Both the position numbers and the translations under genes were made by a program. From positions 478,855 through 542,854 of the forward strand of contig JBAZJY010000002.1 in the NCBI GenBank assembly GCA_041651115.1: DNA of 64,000 nucleotides, in the 5' to 3' direction. Below the pieces are notes generated by a model. The model searched no databases and was not told the origin of the DNA. It saw nothing but the letters and a program-made list of their open reading frames with translations. Every line of letters begins with the position of its first letter. Positions within the stretch are counted from its first letter, which is position 1. The DNA is from Candidatus Omnitrophota bacterium (GTDB taxonomy: Bacteria; Omnitrophota; Gorgyraeia; Gygaellales; Profunditerraquicolaceae). Positions 61,436 to 64,000 of the stretch are shown here, piece after piece.

Positions 61436-62239
61436 GTGGAAAAGATCGGCATTATCGCCGGAAACCGCAAATTCCCTATCATTTTTTCTCAAGCAGCCAA
61501 AGCAAGGGGTTTTAGCGTGGTCGCGGTTGCCATAAAAGGCGACACCTCCCGGGCCCTGAAAAACTCCGTAGATAAGATATACTGGATCGGCCTGTCTGAA
61601 TTTTCTAAAATGTTCGAAATATTTAAGAGCGAGGGGATAAGCCGGGTGATCATGGCCGGCCAGATCAGCCCGCGCCGGCTTTTCAGCAAAGAAATAAACC
61701 GCGACCCGCAGCTCAAGGAAATGCTTTCTGCGATCAAGGATAAACGCGCGGATACGATCTTCGGGGCGATTGCCGTAAAGCTGAAAAACCACGGCCTGGA
61801 ATTGATTGATTCTACTACTTTTATCGGCGATTTCCTGCCGCAAAAAGGCACGCTTACCAGGACCCAGCCTGAGCCGCAGACCCGCGATGATATTTCTTTT
61901 GGTTTTGAGATTGCCCGGCATATCGGCAGCCTCGATATCGGCCAGACCGTTGCCGTAAAGCATAAGGCAATAGTGGCGGTTGAGGCCTTGGAAGGTACGG
62001 ATAACCTTATCCGGCGCGCAGGCAGGCTTGCCCGCGGCGGCATTACGGTGGTAAAGGTCAGCAAACCCAAGCAGGATGTGCGTTTTGATATCCCGGTGGT
62101 AGGCTTAAATACAGTGAAAAACCTTATAAGCGCAGGCGCGAGTTGCCTTGCCATAGAAGCGGGAAAGACCCTTTTTATAGATAAAGAAGAGGCGGTAAAG
62201 CTGGCGGATAAAAAAGGCATATCCATAGTCGCGGTATAA
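61436..62239 (+). CDS. lpxI: UDP-2,3-diacylglucosamine hydrolase LpxI (DUF1009)
   Basis: DUF1009 N-terminus (IGIIAGNRKFP) and an LpxI-like C-terminal domain. Confidence 0.75.
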   Translation: MEKIGIIAGNRKFPIIFSQAAKARGFSVVAVAIKGDTSRALKNSVDKIYWIGLSEFSKMFEIFKSEGISRVIMAGQISPRRLFSKEINRDPQLKEMLSAIKDKRADTIFGAIAVKLKNHGLELIDSTTFIGDFLPQKGTLTRTQPEPQTRDDISFGFEIARHIGSLDIGQTVAVKHKAIVAVEALEGTDNLIRRAGRLARGGITVVKVSKPKQDVRFDIPVVGLNTVKNLISAGASCLAIEAGKTLFIDKEEAVKLADKKGISIVAV

Positions 62240-62309
62240 GGCATTTTTTGCTTGACATAAGCGCGATTGAGAGGTAGAGTTAGGCGTAGATAAACATAGG
62301 AGGAGAGAT

Positions 62310-62597
62310 ATGGCTAGATTATGTTGTGCGGGCAGCAAAACAAAGTCTATGGAATTCAAACTCAATGCTCCGAAGGCAAAAAAAGTGAGCGTGTCCGGCA
62401 CGTTTAACGGCTGGAGCTCTAAAGGCAGTGCCGCCAAAAAAGATTCACAGGGCAACTGGACAGCTAAAGTTGACCTGGCTCCGGGAAAATACGAATATAA
62501 ATTCATTGTCGACGGCGTCTGGATGAACGATCCGCGTTGCGGCAATCTCGTGACTAACAGTTTCGGCACGCAGAATTGCATTATTGAAGTAAGGTAA
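62310..62597 (+). CDS. standalone CBM48/AMPK-beta-like glycogen-binding domain protein
   Basis: E-set/CBM48 pattern (FKLNAPKAKKVSVSGTFNGWS...YEYKFIVDGVWMNDP); AGGAGG RBS and an upstream TTGACA-17-TAGAGT promoter. Confidence 0.7.
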   Translation: MARLCCAGSKTKSMEFKLNAPKAKKVSVSGTFNGWSSKGSAAKKDSQGNWTAKVDLAPGKYEYKFIVDGVWMNDPRCGNLVTNSFGTQNCIIEVR

Positions 62598-62613
62598 GAT
62601 TAAATAGAATTTC

Positions 62614-62722
62614 GCCCCATCTTAATTTAGGTGTCAGGTGATAGGTGTCAGGTGATAGGTTCATCCCTATAACCTAATACCTGTCACCTAAGACCTACCA
62701 CCTAGAACGATGGGGATTTTTT
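62614..62722 (+). terminator. long imperfect hairpin (about 100 nt) built from AGGTG/CACCT repeats plus a T-run; CACCT element copy 2
   Basis: GCCCCATC...AGGTGTCAGGTGATAGGTGTCAGGTGATAGG | CTAATACCTGTCACCTAAGACCTACCACCTAG...GATGGGG then TTTTTTAT. Confidence 0.6.
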
Positions 62723-62740
62723 ATAACTAAAGGGTTAAAA

Positions 62741-63460
62741 ATGAAATACATTTATGGCCCGATCAGATCGCGCAGGCTTGGATTATCATTAGGCGTGAGC
62801 CTTACCCCTTACAAGGTATGCAGCTTTGATTGTATTTACTGTCAATTGGGCAAGACTACCCAAAGGACTGCCCTGCGTAAAGAATATGTGAATACAGATG
62901 AAGCGCTTACCGAAATAAAAAATTGGTTGAACGCAAACCCAGCCGAGGCAAAAAAACTGGATTACATTACTTTTTCCGGCGCGGGCGAGCCGACGCTGAA
63001 CATCAACATCGGCAAGCTGATCAGCGGGATCAAGGAGATAAGCGCTGTGCCGGTGGCGATCCTGACCAATTCCTCCCATTTAAGCGACCCGCAGGTGCGT
63101 AAGGCAATAGAGGCCGCGGATTTGATCGTGCCGTCCCTGGACGCGGCAGAGCAGGACGTTTTTGAGCGGATCGACGCACCGGAAAAAGGCATAAAGGTCG
63201 CGCAGATCATTGACGGGCTGGCAGCGCTGCGCAAAGAATTCCGCGGTAAGATCTGGCTTGAGATAATGCTGCTTAAAGGCGTAAATGACAGCCCGGGACA
63301 TATCGCCAAATTAAAAGAAGCGCTCAACCGCATAAAAGCAGACAAGGTCCAGCTTAACTCTCCTGTCCGCAAGACCCTGCTGCAGGATATCTACGCAGTG
63401 GAAGCAGCCCGGCTCAAGGAAATCGCCGCTATCCTCGGGGACAATACGGAATTATGCTGA
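62741..63460 (+). CDS. radical SAM protein (CxxxCxxC; COG0731-like family)
   Basis: CSFDCIYC cluster motif and the GPIRSRRLGLSLGV N-terminal signature of this radical SAM subfamily. Confidence 0.65.
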   Translation: MKYIYGPIRSRRLGLSLGVSLTPYKVCSFDCIYCQLGKTTQRTALRKEYVNTDEALTEIKNWLNANPAEAKKLDYITFSGAGEPTLNINIGKLISGIKEISAVPVAILTNSSHLSDPQVRKAIEAADLIVPSLDAAEQDVFERIDAPEKGIKVAQIIDGLAALRKEFRGKIWLEIMLLKGVNDSPGHIAKLKEALNRIKADKVQLNSPVRKTLLQDIYAVEAARLKEIAAILGDNTELC

Positions 63461-63463
63461 TCT

Positions 63464-63536
63464 GCGCCTGTAGCTCAATGGATAGAGCGCTAGCCTTCGG
63501 AGCTAGGCGTTGCAGGTTCGACTCCTGCCAGGCGCA
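63464..63536 (+). tRNA. tRNA-Arg (anticodon TCG)
   Basis: Hand-folded: acceptor GCGCCTG/CAGGCGC, anticodon loop CTTCGGA, T-arm GCAGG-TTCGACT-CCTGC, discriminator A; no CCA encoded. Confidence 0.85.
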
Positions 63537-63543
63537 CTGACGC

Positions 63544-63621
63544 TTAGGGACGGTTCTCAGCTAAGGAGAAAAATGTCCCCGGATGGGGACACTTTTCCCT
63601 TGGACTGAGAACCGTCCCTAA
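63544..63621 (+). other. 78-nt three-tier nested hairpin 8 nt downstream of tRNA-Arg, containing an SD-preceded 11-codon mini-ORF
   Basis: 17-bp perfect outer inverted repeat TTAGGGACGGTTCTCAG / CTGAGAACCGTCCCTAA; inner GTCCCC-ggat-GGGGAC; AAGGAG-n6-ATG would encode MSPDGDTFPLD*. Confidence 0.5.
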
Positions 63622-63682
63622 TAGTTATTGTATAATCCTTTCTTTAGCTGTAAAATAATAAAAAATACATCGGAGGTCGTGA

Positions 63683-64000
63683 ATGAAGATGATAAAAATT
63701 ATTTTTCTGTTTTCAGTTTGTTTTATGGCATTTTGTGCTCCGGCGTTTGCCGGAGATATCGTTATTTACGGCGACAGTCAGATCTACGACGATGATCAGG
63801 CTGCGGAAATTGCCCAGCGCAGCGTGGTGCAGGCAATACTGGAAAAGAGACCTTCGATTGTTTTCCGCGTCGGAGATATCGTGCATGACGGCCATGACCC
63901 GCATCAATGGGAAGTGTTTAACAGTATTGCCGCAGGGCTATTAAAGACAACCGAATACTATCCCTGCCTTGGCAATCATGAAGGCGACTCCTCGCTGTAT
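63683..64000 (+). CDS. secreted calcineurin-like metallophosphoesterase (3' partial, runs off window)
   Basis: Signal peptide then GDSQ...GDIVHDG...GNHE metallophosphatase motifs; GGAGG RBS. Confidence 0.7.
   Translation, partial: MKMIKIIFLFSVCFMAFCAPAFAGDIVIYGDSQIYDDDQAAEIAQRSVVQAILEKRPSIVFRVGDIVHDGHDPHQWEVFNSIAAGLLKTTEYYPCLGNHEGDSSLY

Noticed and set aside
61355-62244. Minus-strand ORFs of 202 and 251 aa across lpxA-lpxI
   Set aside because: They are shadow ORFs opposite hexapeptide-repeat and DUF1009 coding sequence.
62598-62740. Possible CRISPR array, because of the tandem AGGTG/CACCT units
   Set aside because: The units are 8-17 nt with no unique spacers, and the two arms are mutually complementary. 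This is a hairpin terminator, not a CRISPR array.

Overview
This 64-kb window is a chromosomal housekeeping region with extreme strand bias: 76 of 77 called protein genes and both tRNAs are on the + strand, and only a PpiD-like chaperone is on the - strand. Gene content points to a diderm anaerobe, with lipid A and outer membrane genes (lpxD, lpxC-fabZ fusion, lpxA, lpxI, bamA, skp), a four-subunit pyruvate:ferredoxin oxidoreductase, and Wood-Ljungdahl methyl-branch genes together with acsB. Recognisable blocks are uppS-cdsA-dxr-rseP-ispG, a CpaF-like ATPase, proS-rimP-nusA-infB-trpS-scpA-ruvB, queuosine genes (queH, queA, tgt), trmD-rplS-rnhB-yraN, and fhs-fchA-folD-metF-acsB. These are followed by malQ, a TonB-dependent receptor, ccdA and a TlpA-like thioredoxin, porGDAB with bacterioferritin and a ferredoxin, hisG, a split transketolase, ispE, spoVG, glmU-prs-rplY-pth, rpsF-ssb-rpsR-rplI-dnaB, and tRNA-Gln and tRNA-Arg. 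Structure not explained by the genes includes a roughly 0.4-0.5 kb MITE-like repeat with 15-bp terminal inverted repeats, present twice in opposite orientation, and 27-nt inverted repeats flanking the TonB-receptor cassette. A CACCT-repeat element is present at two loci, a 78-nt nested hairpin follows tRNA-Arg, and a 33-aa highly basic ORF is missing from the ORF track. The most noteworthy biology is a one-carbon/acetyl-CoA module lacking CODH and the corrinoid genes, with an uncharacterised FAD oxidoreductase and a membrane protein next to metF. Start coordinates were adjusted where the ORF track used TTG/GTG or upstream in-frame starts.
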